Below are positions 30,501 through 37,931 of a stretch of DNA of 64,000 nt, in pieces. The position numbers and the translations under genes are program-made. This DNA is from an uncultured Bacilli bacterium. GTDB taxonomy: Bacteria > Bacillota_I > Bacilli_A > ML615J-28 > CAG-313. Under the pieces are notes generated by a model, which saw only the letters and a program-made list of their open reading frames with translations, was not told the DNA's origin and searched no databases. Where the stretch lies: NCBI GenBank assembly GCA_934133195.1, contig CAKPAZ010000002.1, forward strand, positions 13,954 to 77,953, read 5' to 3'. The first letter of the stretch is position 1; the number at the start of each line of letters is the position of its first letter.

Positions 30501-32118
30501 ATACAACTTTATGAGTTATATTTGAATCAGGATTACTTGAAGATTCTGGTAAATTTAGTTTACTCATTAATTGCCAATCGCATGTTACATAGTCAACACC
30601 TTTATCAATCCATTCTTGAACTGTTGGATAGTCAACATATTGAGTAAATGTATATGTAGAAATCTTTAATCCTGCTTCTTTGTATTTAGCAAGCCATTCT
30701 TCACTGTTTGAATAACTAGCTGTTACATTGATACTTACATCTAAATCGTATTTTTTACATCTTTCTAAAATTGTATCGCTTTCACATGAGTTTACTAGAT
30801 ATTGACATTCAATATCAGAATAGCCATTTTCTCTTGTCCAGATTAAACAGTTATATTGTGAACCTAAGAAAATAGTATCTTCTCGCATTCCTGCTTTTTC
30901 AATTTCATCCATTAATGCTTGCATTCTTGATTGATCAGAGTTTGTGATACCTGCTGATGATTTAAGTTCAATTACAGCTTTTGCGTTATATTGACGACAA
31001 ATTTCTAGGTAACGTTCTAATGTACAAAGTTTTGTTGTATAACTATCTTTAGTTACACTTCCATTTTGAGCAGGGAAACCAGCCTTTCTACTCTTTGTTA
31101 CTTCAACATCTTTTAATACACTCCATGGTGTTGTTGAAATAGTATAATCGCCAAATGTTTCATCATGACTCATTACAAAAACGCCATCAGAAGTTTGTTT
31201 TAAGTCACACTCTAATGCTTGATACTTTAAGACTTGTACCGCATATAAGAATGCTTCTTCAGAATTCATTAAACCATAGTAACTACCAGCATGACCAATG
31301 AAAGTTACATCATAGTTCCATACAACCTCAATTGTACGCTTGAATTCAGCTTTATTACCAGCTTCATCTTCAACTCGATAAATTAGATCATAGAAACCAT
31401 ATGTTTGATTGTCAACTTCACCTTCTACTGTAATTTTAGAAGTTATGTCACCATCAACATTGTCAACAGCTTTAATACCATCAAGTGGATTAAATGGTTT
31501 GTTCCAATTTAAGAAGTTTTTATCTTTAATACCTTCTTCAAGAATAAATTCAGGTTTAATTACATCAACTTCTTTTTCAACAGCAATTGTTATTTCTGCT
31601 TTTAAGCCATCAACTTCAACACTAATGATTGCAGTTCCAGCACCTATTGCTTTAACAATGCCATCTTTTACAGTCGCAACGCTAGGGTCACTTGATGACC
31701 ATACACAAGTATCGTCAGCTAAGAAGATATCCTTAGGAAGTATCTCTAACTTAGTTGTTTCTCCCACTTTCAAATAAACGGAATCCGCACTTAGAGATAT
31801 CTCACGATTATCTTTGATTGTGAAGTGAACAGTTACTTTATTTCCTTTGACATATTTTACGCCAATTTCAACATCTGTTTCACCTTCTCTAAGAGCAGTT
31901 ACGATGCCTTTTTCTACGCGTGCGATAGATGGATCTAACACTTTATAAGAAAAGATTGGATCATCATCATTTACGACTTTTACATCTAGTTTGTAAGTTT
32001 CTCCAACTTCTAGAGAAACATCTTTATCCTCAATACTAAGTTCTGCCGATGTAGTTTGGCAGGCAATAATACCAAGGGTTAGTAGGAATGCTACTAATAA
32101 CAAAAATCCTTTTTTCAT
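24565..32118 (-). CDS. giant multidomain cell-surface lipoprotein: Big_2 / DUF5011-like Ig domains, GDPD phosphodiesterase, Listeria-Bacteroides repeats, right-handed beta-helix regions, C-terminal N-acetylmuramoyl-L-alanine amidase (Amidase_2)
   Basis: 2517 aa. The lipobox is LTLGIIAC. The GDPD motif FIGHAGSYYG..NSEEAF...ALECDLKQTSDGVFVMSHDETF lies at roughly nt 30560-31310. Several Y.I.YELDGG...GYKFLGW repeats are present, along with beta-helix style segments (IYVKAGTYSEDLVI.., VTIIGPNKDINPN..). The Amidase_2 motifs IEFVTIHDTA, IHYTV, YHAADG, NSIGIEMC and KQHNTWCGKNCP lie at roughly nt 24890-25500. Confidence 0.8.
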   Translation of the reverse strand: MKKGFLLLVAFLLTLGIIACQTTSAELSIEDKDVSLEVGETYKLDVKVVNDDDPIFSYKVLDPSIARVEKGIVTALREGETDVEIGVKYVKGNKVTVHFTIKDNREISLSADSVYLKVGETTKLEILPKDIFLADDTCVWSSSDPSVATVKDGIVKAIGAGTAIISVEVDGLKAEITIAVEKEVDVIKPEFILEEGIKDKNFLNWNKPFNPLDGIKAVDNVDGDITSKITVEGEVDNQTYGFYDLIYRVEDEAGNKAEFKRTIEVVWNYDVTFIGHAGSYYGLMNSEEAFLYAVQVLKYQALECDLKQTSDGVFVMSHDETFGDYTISTTPWSVLKDVEVTKSRKAGFPAQNGSVTKDSYTTKLCTLERYLEICRQYNAKAVIELKSSAGITNSDQSRMQALMDEIEKAGMREDTIFLGSQYNCLIWTRENGYSDIECQYLVNSCESDTILERCKKYDLDVSINVTASYSNSEEWLAKYKEAGLKISTYTFTQYVDYPTVQEWIDKGVDYVTCDWQLMSKLNLPESSSNPDSNITHKVVFKDYDGKVLKETVVKDGRAAAAPKDPTRLGYKFIGWDKPIVNVKQDLEVTALYEICEYTITYDKNLTTIIKTKWNSKDEFVNEFYSDLYNWFVTNAEYISTYVQVQNGKVTITKNGQTTSFSNAEELKAIDIYVFEKTVSNFIYQPVKRDSEGKAVIEHSESYFLNSNAYREKYQAMDQYFYNAVKNGYPAYDNTYTPTSAGKIQILFRFHQWVKGTTIAAFNELPAKYIVKDNTEVKAELPTTNLKYTVEDEFDLPSATANVNFLGWFLDKECTIAITKITKGMTGNLVLYAKWEYTIPVVNSKITFELDGGEFEEGYVVPTTYEEGKELVLATPVKEGYIFLGWTLEKDSTEYITSISAAQTGDVTVYAVWKEEVVAVDEIVVGPNEEYKTIKDALLAATANTKIYVKAGTYSEDLVIAYDGIQLIGPNSGIEGTSDKRALEAIISGKITISKNVKDVKILGFKLTNTTSVYGEGDNDTIVVKYNVIEGTAASAGTSAAGIGQIHFVGAINNLVVEYNKFTLKSTVNYYSCVYSQGLITGAEINHNYVTNNCPTSQNVFAFWLRNAAGVINMNDNIAYRFAGNYWTFWVGQDKLAENTKITMRDNNFDSDSAANAECGMAVHHAEYESIEINYIGNTFNYCKDTVFSVQGKSTTDTTSTPHVTIKYNKILNTSARMRFCVNAKNFYFGMNYSALAYTDQGTPNIKASEIAKDDFKSTMELDDAYAETKMCAIKYELDGGTLLEGAPTKYLPGYATRLIAATKDGYKFLGWSLTKDGNEYITIIPETATGEITLYAIFKEIKPSLMVGEGQTYKTLEEALAAATDGDTIEFVSGTYAGGTIAKSVTIIGPNKDINPNKDTRQNEAIFTSDLIIEASNVEINGITLTGEARIVGSESTSIENLTINYILFDNSKVAGSKTAPFYFVPATGVSYKNVVIKYSRINKGTGRQMILYGSEFENLTITNNEFYGPYQTYNDGIKIDDIGAFGTKGEINISDNVFDGYQQYVIWFLRYSYGNYTIESNKYNNIGLAEYHAGVTFKTYSGSKDDELKINYRFNKITNGYMLFRFEEAKVLNGDNCMININYNIRENCSGDLFVKNVNPDVVVNADKNYWGTTTLLDKNFLNVTTYADAYQNAQDVPSKEEVDGGSGETKIYSKIIYVLDGGEVSASTRYLEGKEYILPIPTKEDYRFVGWSLTPDGSQIITAISKTTTGDVTVYAIWEAVEYFNITYIYNGGYSNEGLYQNRGENPIAVTINNYNNSDGSFWTGGKYVTDIFITDASCDPKATFSDRIYIAKNKETGLYEVVSFLQTGASSWPEGAEYVITISNSYNGYGINIKPITNKIKVGQYVVFGGAIESINNANPTEVCFFDELPECDQITVKVGTNDELIKPGLLGYKFLGWYENDKLITSITELKGDTTLKAKWEALNPATGIKIDAFKDEMLTNEEFQIVASIEPSDAYFKTVYFESSNTDILQVTSTGLVKAINVGTAKIIMRDYMNLVVVEREITVYSHDSIDASFEGVYNGTIKPEDTLQLNVKAFGKNAASATFVFESLNPEIVSVSATGLITALKDGYAEILIKTVGMEANLTIGVTVKSLGNETSIDKLLSLLVNGHFSTVQSGNVSLYNDGTTKVFVPTYGSVNRFLFDEYVVNETYYETTEKNPNNHKDRRDVDTIEFVTIHDTATLTGTVESIAQVMSSGETSIHYTVGNDAIFGVVPEKYIAYHAADGTKNTFSWIKTTVKAPGNVKPDFDIVKIGEDYFLSLNGEATTVAIPKTGTKEPTKAMFSHLGPVWKVVDGYYYIGGPLWYSGYGIISAFGGNCNSIGIEMCVNTSGDVYDTWQRTAMLVADILIRNNLDPTRVKQHNTWCGKNCPQSVIEGSFWPCLMEMIELQYEVRSNYKDAKISLVSHNPEIIDNTGRVINAPEKTTTVSYTLKVELNGETREIKLYSVIPGTTTWEQWDGSYPASRIWNNKVYAR

Positions 32119-32141
32119 TACTTACCTCTTTCTCTATTTCA

Positions 32142-32178
32142 AATTTGTGAAAGCCTTTTCACAAATTAGATTATATCA
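32142..32178 (-). promoter_or_regulatory. extended -10 promoter (TGATATAAT) followed immediately by a perfect 11-bp palindrome (cre-like operator) in front of the giant gene
   Basis: AATTTGTGAAA (32142-32152), spacer gcct, TTTCACAAATT (32157-32167). The -10 is the complement of 32170-32178. The core TGAAAGCCTTTTCA differs from the cre consensus TGWAANCGNTNWCA at one central position. Confidence 0.5.
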
Positions 32179-32342
32179 TATTTGTTTTTTTAAATCCCTT
32201 TAAATGATTAAATTTTTCTTAAATTCTTTGGTTATTAATTTTATCAAATATAAAAATGGAGGTTTTTATCTTTAAATGTAAAAATGAATTATTTTTTTTT
32301 GATTTATGATATGATATATTAAAGATAAAAGGAGTGATATAT

Positions 32343-33200
32343 ATGCCTTTACATATTGGTGAAGTAAATAGATTTATTGTAAAAAGAGAAACCGATATCA
32401 GTTATACTCTTAGTCCTGATGATGATGAGTTAACTACCTATGTCTTTTTACATTTTAACCAAGCAACAAGAAAACTTGAACCAGGAGAAAAAATTAAAGC
32501 TTTTCTATACTATGATCAAAAGAAAAGACTATGTGCCACTATGGAAGAACCTTTAATTACTACTTCTAATTATGGTTTCGTAAAAGTAGTTAATGTATTA
32601 GAAAATGCAGGAGTATTTGTTAATATTAATATTGCTAAAGATATTTTATTGTCAAAAGACTTTTTACCTAGTTTCATAAAAGCATGGCCAAGAATTGATG
32701 AGGAAGTACCATGTATTTTAATTGAAAAGCAACATCAGTTAGTCGCAAGAATTATTACTCCTAGTGATATTAAGGTTCTACCTTCCAAACTTAAAGTTGA
32801 CCAAACAATAAGTGGAAATGTATCAAAGATTACTCCATCGGGAATTACTGTTTGTACAAGAGAATATCAGTTTGTTTTTATTCATAAGAACTATCTTCGT
32901 AAAAACTATCATTTAGGCGAGGAGGTTACTTGCAAAGTAATTCATATTAATGAACATGGTGAGTATTATGCATCAACGATTGAAAGAAAAGAATATTCAA
33001 GACTTAGTGATAGTGATACTATCTATAACTATTTAAAACAAATGGGAGGAATTATACCACTTGGTAATGCTTCTTCTCCTGAGGATATTAGTAAATTTTT
33101 TAAGATGAGTAAGAGTGCCTTTAAAAGAGCTGTTGGAGCACTTTACAAGAAACGCTTAATCAACATTGAAGATTACAAAATTACTTTAATAGAAAAATAA
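32343..33200 (+). CDS. cvfB: S1 RNA-binding domain protein, CvfB / YitL family
   Basis: 286 aa. Repeated S1-like modules are followed by a C-terminal winged-helix-like tail (MSKSAFKRAVGALYKKRLI). The start is the ATG 8 nt after AAAGGAG. Confidence 0.65.
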   Translation: MPLHIGEVNRFIVKRETDISYTLSPDDDELTTYVFLHFNQATRKLEPGEKIKAFLYYDQKKRLCATMEEPLITTSNYGFVKVVNVLENAGVFVNINIAKDILLSKDFLPSFIKAWPRIDEEVPCILIEKQHQLVARIITPSDIKVLPSKLKVDQTISGNVSKITPSGITVCTREYQFVFIHKNYLRKNYHLGEEVTCKVIHINEHGEYYASTIERKEYSRLSDSDTIYNYLKQMGGIIPLGNASSPEDISKFFKMSKSAFKRAVGALYKKRLINIEDYKITLIEK

Positions 33201-33201
33201 T

Positions 33202-33233
33202 GCCGGATAAATTATCCGACATTTTTTCTTTTT
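33202..33233. terminator. weak hairpin plus T-run between convergent cvfB and the M6 protease gene
   Basis: CGGAT-AAATT-ATCCG followed by ACATTTTTTCTTTTT on the plus strand. The stem is short. Confidence 0.4.
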
Positions 33234-36207
33234 ATTTGAATGAAATGTTAATTACAGCTTCATTATTATTGATTGATACAACTTCTAAAATGAATCCAGC
33301 ATCACTACCATCATACCATTTAGCTGTTGACCAAACATCTTTTGCTTGGAATAAATCACTATTAGATGATGTACCACCATATATATCATCGCCTTCAATA
33401 TCATTATTACCATCAGCTTCTACTAAAGAGATTAAACGATGATCAGTGCTACTATTGTTATATTTATAAACATCCCAAATTGATACACCTTTTGTTGGAT
33501 CGTTAGGGGTTGCGTCAATATGGTAAATACGTATACCGCTCTTTGAGAATAAGCCACTATAGCCTGCTTCCATTTGGTTTAGTCCATCTGGAGTATAGAA
33601 ATCAATAATGAAATATTCTGTAAATAATGAGTTTTTAAAGTTTTTAGCAATAATCAAACAGTCACCTGTAGAACCAAATGATCTAAGGGTTACGGTTGCA
33701 TCATCATCACCCATTACAAGTGGGTCTACCCATCCAAGGATTGCTTTAGAGAATGGATTATGATCACCAACATTATAGTCCATCATATCTCCACCACCAA
33801 GGCCACCAGCAGGACCTTTTGAAGCATCTGTGTCATAGTAATCATCTAATCCTAGTAAATGACCAGTTTCATGAATGAATGTTTCTAGATTATACTTTAT
33901 TGATTTTCCTGATGAAGGAACTTCGCTTAAGAAATCATAACCAGCAAGTAGATAGAAGTCTGCTTCAACATTATCATATTTTTCAATATCATCTGTGAAG
34001 TATTCATAAGTATATGCCCACCACATACTGTTGTCATCAGTTCTGTTTATTTCACAAGTATATACAAGATATATAGAGTCAATATATCCATCTTTATCAC
34101 TATCATATTCAGAATAATCAATGTCTTTGTCATAATACTTTAGAGCTGCTTGAATTATTTCATAATCACCATTGTCTTTTGCATCATAATATGAGGCTTT
34201 TTTACCTGTTTGGAAAACTGGTAATACAGTACCTTCAATGTTTAATTTTCCATAAGAACTCTTTTGATAGTAACTGCTTAAGCTTTCCCATCCTGTTGTT
34301 GATGCATCACCAAAGAATGCTCTTTCAAGATTATTTACCATATCACTTGGAGCAGGATAATCTGTGAATGATACCGGAATAACTAATACTTTAGGATTAC
34401 CAATTGAAGGAAGACCACGAGTAACACCATAAACTTCACCAGTTGTTTCATCTTTTCCCATATCTTTAATGATATCTTCAAGACGAGTAGTGTCCTTTGA
34501 AATTGGTGTTGGTTTACTTGAACCTGTAGTTACTACAATAACAAATACTGTAGTTAAATCATTATATGTAACTTCAATTTCATATTCTCCTTCAGTTGTT
34601 TTATAATCAACTGAATTTAATGTATACTCATCACTAGAAAGAACTCTAGATGTTCCATCAACATCATTGAATGTTACTACTAAAGATTTTATTGCATCTT
34701 CAAATGAAGTATTTTCTTTTACACGGATACGTGCAGGTGCAGCAACAAGTGTTGCTTCTAATGTACCAAGAGTTATAATCGTATTCGCTGTTACCGCAAC
34801 TTGTGGTTTGTTAAAATAGCTAATAACTGCACTAGTTACGTTGATAACATCACCAACACTTAATGAAGCAAGTAAATTATAAGTTTCATCATCTAATGCA
34901 TTATTTAAATACTTAGAAATAAATAATGTTGTTGTATTAGTACCATCAGAAATTGTAAAACTATTATCTGAAGATGAAACAAATGATTGAGGGACTGCTG
35001 TAACCACAAAGTTTTGGAAACTAACATTCATGCCTACATATAAATCTAATTCTTCTTTTGTTAGTGTTTCAAGATCTATTGTGTAAAGATCATCATCACC
35101 AATTATTTCAATACTTGATATTGATTTAATTTCAACAAGACCTTTATATGTTTCTTTAACACCTGTTACAGTAACAACAGTGCCTATTGTAAGGTCATTT
35201 AAAGCATCATTGCTCTTTCCACAATATATATATATTCCACCAGTTTCATCTTGAATATAGAAGTTGTTACCAACTATACCAGATACTGAACCAGTAACAG
35301 TTACACTTTCGCCTTCTTCTGCAGCTTTTGCTTCAGCGATAGTTGTTCCTGTCTCAAGTGGAGTAGCATTTGGTAAAGTAAATTCAACTTTATTATGATT
35401 TGAGAAACTTACTTCATATGTTACATCTTGAGTTGATGATGCGACAGTTACAAATATTTTATATAGTTTATTTTCAAATAATTCAATTGCTAAATTAGTA
35501 TATTCTTCATCCATAGTGCAGAATAAATCATTAGCAATTTCTGATGTTTGTTCAAAATCTTTTAGAATGTATTGACCATTTTTAAACATAAATTTAGAAG
35601 TATCAATACTTGATAAATCAATCAAATCGAAGTAAGCAATATATGAACTAAAGAATTGATTGTTTTCATCAACACTATAATATGTTCCATCTTCATATAA
35701 GCCATAGTAATAATAAACATCTTCAACGTATGCTAAATACTCATAGCCAATTGATGAATCTTCATATTGAATCATAGCTTTATAACTATTATTGTAGAAT
35801 TCATAGCTATAAGAAGCACGAGTAAGTCCATCAATAACATATGAAACATTATAAGCAAAACTATTTAAATTATTAAGGGCTTTATCTAATTCTTCAACTG
35901 AAGGTGTTGGTACATCATTTTTGATTTTCGCATATAAAGTGATATCACCAGTTTGATCTTTTTCAATTTGAACCACAGGTTCTCCTTCAAATGTTTCACT
36001 TAAATACCATCCTTCAAAATTATCATTATCAAGTGGTGTAAGTTTTGTAACCTTTCCTTCTTCATAACTTGATGGTGCATGTTCAATTATTTCACCACCT
36101 ACATAATAAGTTATATTATATTTAGTACTTGTTCCTGTTAATTGACATGAAGTAATTAATACTAAAGATAATATTAAAAATAATAAATTAAATATTCTTT
36201 TTTTCAT
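33232..36207 (-). CDS. secreted lipoprotein with a C-terminal M6 (immune inhibitor A-like) metalloprotease domain
   Basis: The lipobox is LVLITSC. One Listeria-Bacteroides repeat is present. Two OB-fold-like barrels follow (GESVTVTGSVSGIVGNNFYIQDETGGIYIY..), then an Ig-like domain. The zinc motif is FIHETGHLLGLDDYYD. The start is taken at MKKRIF (36207). Confidence 0.7.
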   Translation of the reverse strand: MKKRIFNLLFLILSLVLITSCQLTGTSTKYNITYYVGGEIIEHAPSSYEEGKVTKLTPLDNDNFEGWYLSETFEGEPVVQIEKDQTGDITLYAKIKNDVPTPSVEELDKALNNLNSFAYNVSYVIDGLTRASYSYEFYNNSYKAMIQYEDSSIGYEYLAYVEDVYYYYGLYEDGTYYSVDENNQFFSSYIAYFDLIDLSSIDTSKFMFKNGQYILKDFEQTSEIANDLFCTMDEEYTNLAIELFENKLYKIFVTVASSTQDVTYEVSFSNHNKVEFTLPNATPLETGTTIAEAKAAEEGESVTVTGSVSGIVGNNFYIQDETGGIYIYCGKSNDALNDLTIGTVVTVTGVKETYKGLVEIKSISSIEIIGDDDLYTIDLETLTKEELDLYVGMNVSFQNFVVTAVPQSFVSSSDNSFTISDGTNTTTLFISKYLNNALDDETYNLLASLSVGDVINVTSAVISYFNKPQVAVTANTIITLGTLEATLVAAPARIRVKENTSFEDAIKSLVVTFNDVDGTSRVLSSDEYTLNSVDYKTTEGEYEIEVTYNDLTTVFVIVVTTGSSKPTPISKDTTRLEDIIKDMGKDETTGEVYGVTRGLPSIGNPKVLVIPVSFTDYPAPSDMVNNLERAFFGDASTTGWESLSSYYQKSSYGKLNIEGTVLPVFQTGKKASYYDAKDNGDYEIIQAALKYYDKDIDYSEYDSDKDGYIDSIYLVYTCEINRTDDNSMWWAYTYEYFTDDIEKYDNVEADFYLLAGYDFLSEVPSSGKSIKYNLETFIHETGHLLGLDDYYDTDASKGPAGGLGGGDMMDYNVGDHNPFSKAILGWVDPLVMGDDDATVTLRSFGSTGDCLIIAKNFKNSLFTEYFIIDFYTPDGLNQMEAGYSGLFSKSGIRIYHIDATPNDPTKGVSIWDVYKYNNSSTDHRLISLVEADGNNDIEGDDIYGGTSSNSDLFQAKDVWSTAKWYDGSDAGFILEVVSINNNEAVINISFK

Positions 36208-36218
36208 GTTTTTCCTTT

Positions 36219-36719
36219 CTAACAGCCACAATCTTCAATTCCTGTTACAATGGGAATTAAATCATGGTTATATTCATTTAATATTTTATATCCTTCTGCG
36301 TAAATATGAATATTTTTATATCCACTTGATTTTAGTTTTACTGCTTCTGATAGCACATTTGTACCATTTTGATCTATCAAAAATATTGTTGTTTTCTTGT
36401 CAACATTTTGACGGACCCAACTTTGAAAAGCAGTACTACATCTTTGTAAATAAGTAGCTTCATCTTCTGTACTTTTTCTTTTTAAATTATAGTTGTAACT
36501 TATAAATCCTTTTAAGTGCCCAGAAGCATAACCTGTTTGTAAATCTCTTAAATCGATTGCGATAAAATCTTGTTTTTCATCACTCAAATATTCATAATAT
36601 GCATTCAAATAATCAACAGCTTCTTCATTATGGTATATATATGTTTTTTTACATCCTGTAATTGATAATATATATATCAATACTAAAACTAGACAGCTAA
36701 TCTTCTTTACATATTTCAT
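36219..36719 (-). CDS. rhodanese-like domain lipoprotein
   Basis: The lipobox is LSITGC. The segment FIAIDLRDLQTGYASGHLKGFISYNY is rhodanese-like. The C-terminus ends in CGC. The gene overlaps the trmD 3' end. Confidence 0.55.
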   Translation of the reverse strand: MKYVKKISCLVLVLIYILSITGCKKTYIYHNEEAVDYLNAYYEYLSDEKQDFIAIDLRDLQTGYASGHLKGFISYNYNLKRKSTEDEATYLQRCSTAFQSWVRQNVDKKTTIFLIDQNGTNVLSEAVKLKSSGYKNIHIYAEGYKILNEYNHDLIPIVTGIEDCGC

Positions 36720-37431
36720 TTTTAATTTCCTCAATCATAGCTAAATCTTCTGGAGTTAATGTAGCTTTTTCTAATAAATCAGGTCTTACAAGTAAAGTTT
36801 TTTTGAGGGCCTCATAGCGTTGCCATTTTTTTATTTTCGCATGATGTCCAGAAAGTAGGATTTCCGGAACACTATGACCATCGTATTCTTGTGGTCTTGT
36901 ATATTGAGGATATTCTAATAAATCATCATTGAATGATTCTGTACTTATTGAATCCTCACTTATTACACCTGGGATTAAGCGACTTACAGAGTCGACAATC
37001 GCAAGGGCAGGTACTTCACCACCTGTTAAGACATAATCACCAATTGATATTTCTTCATCAACATAGTTAAGAACTCTAGCATCTATGCCTTCATAATGTC
37101 CACATATAATTATTAGATGTTCTTTTTTTGAAAGTTCTAGGGCCTTCTTTTGATTAAATTGATTACCGCTTGGTGAAGTTAAAATTACATATGCTTTCTC
37201 ATAATCCTTAATATGAGTAAGAGCACGATGAATGGGGTCAACACGAATTAACATTCCAGCTCCACCACTATATGAATAATCATCAACAGTGTTGTGTTTA
37301 TTACCTGAATATTCACGAAAATCAATGGTGTTACACTCAATTAAGTTATTGTTAATAGCTCTTTTTAAAATTGAACTATTGAAATAATTTGTAAACATTT
37401 CGGGAAATAAAGTTAGGATATCAAACTTCAT
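36697..37431 (-). CDS. trmD: tRNA (guanine37-N1)-methyltransferase
   Basis: MKFDILTLFPEMF... and GHYEGIDARV... are present, along with SIGDYVLTGGE. Confidence 0.95.
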   Translation of the reverse strand: MKFDILTLFPEMFTNYFNSSILKRAINNNLIECNTIDFREYSGNKHNTVDDYSYSGGAGMLIRVDPIHRALTHIKDYEKAYVILTSPSGNQFNQKKALELSKKEHLIIICGHYEGIDARVLNYVDEEISIGDYVLTGGEVPALAIVDSVSRLIPGVISEDSISTESFNDDLLEYPQYTRPQEYDGHSVPEILLSGHHAKIKKWQRYEALKKTLLVRPDLLEKATLTPEDLAMIEEIKNEICKED

Positions 37432-37931
37432 GATCTTAAACCTTCAATTTCTTCAATTATAATTTTTTCATCATCAATTGACTTTACAAAAGCATCTACA
37501 AATGGAACTAAGAAACTACTATTGGTTGTTTGGTTAGTTATCTCCAACAAGTAACCACTAGGAATATCAATTACATCTGTTACAACTCCTAAGATTTCAT
37601 TATTAGTATTTAATACTTGTAAGTCAACTAAATCATCAACATAATATTCATTTTCTTTCATTGGAGGAACATCATTTGTTGAAGCAAATACATCCATTCC
37701 AACTTTATCTAAAACATCATTAATGTTAAGTAAATTATTAATAGTTATTAAAACATTTCCTTTATGTACTCTAAAAGAAGTTACTTCATATTCCTTTAAA
37801 TCTTGAAAATAAATTTTTGCACCAACCCTAAAGCGATATTCAATAAAATCACTTTCACTATTTATTTTAAGTTCACCTTTAATACCAAAAGTACCAACAA
37901 CATGACCAATTAAGATAAGATTATTTTTCAT
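37428..37931 (-). CDS. rimM: 16S rRNA processing protein RimM
   Basis: 167 aa. The N-terminus is LILIGHVVGTFGIKGELKI and the C-terminal part is PRC-barrel-like. There is an ATGA overlap with trmD. The start codon lies inside the last codons of the ATPase gene. Confidence 0.9.
   Translation of the reverse strand: MKNNLILIGHVVGTFGIKGELKINSESDFIEYRFRVGAKIYFQDLKEYEVTSFRVHKGNVLITINNLLNINDVLDKVGMDVFASTNDVPPMKENEYYVDDLVDLQVLNTNNEILGVVTDVIDIPSGYLLEITNQTTNSSFLVPFVDAFVKSIDDEKIIIEEIEGLRS

Noticed and set aside
32146-32163. Reading the palindrome upstream of the giant gene as a CRP/FNR-type site (TGTGA...TCACA).
   Set aside because: The half-sites are 8 nt apart rather than the canonical 6. The 14-nt core fits the Gram-positive cre/LacI-type consensus better, so it is reported as cre-like instead.
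33200-33442. 80 aa plus-strand ORF starting at the cvfB stop.
   Set aside because: It begins within the terminator hairpin and is antisense to the conserved C-terminus of the M6 protease gene. It has no RBS.
36206-36457. 83 aa plus-strand ORF across the rhodanese-lipoprotein / M6 protease junction.
   Set aside because: It is antisense to two minus-strand genes that have lipoboxes and RBSs. The translation is a hydrophobic low-complexity artefact.
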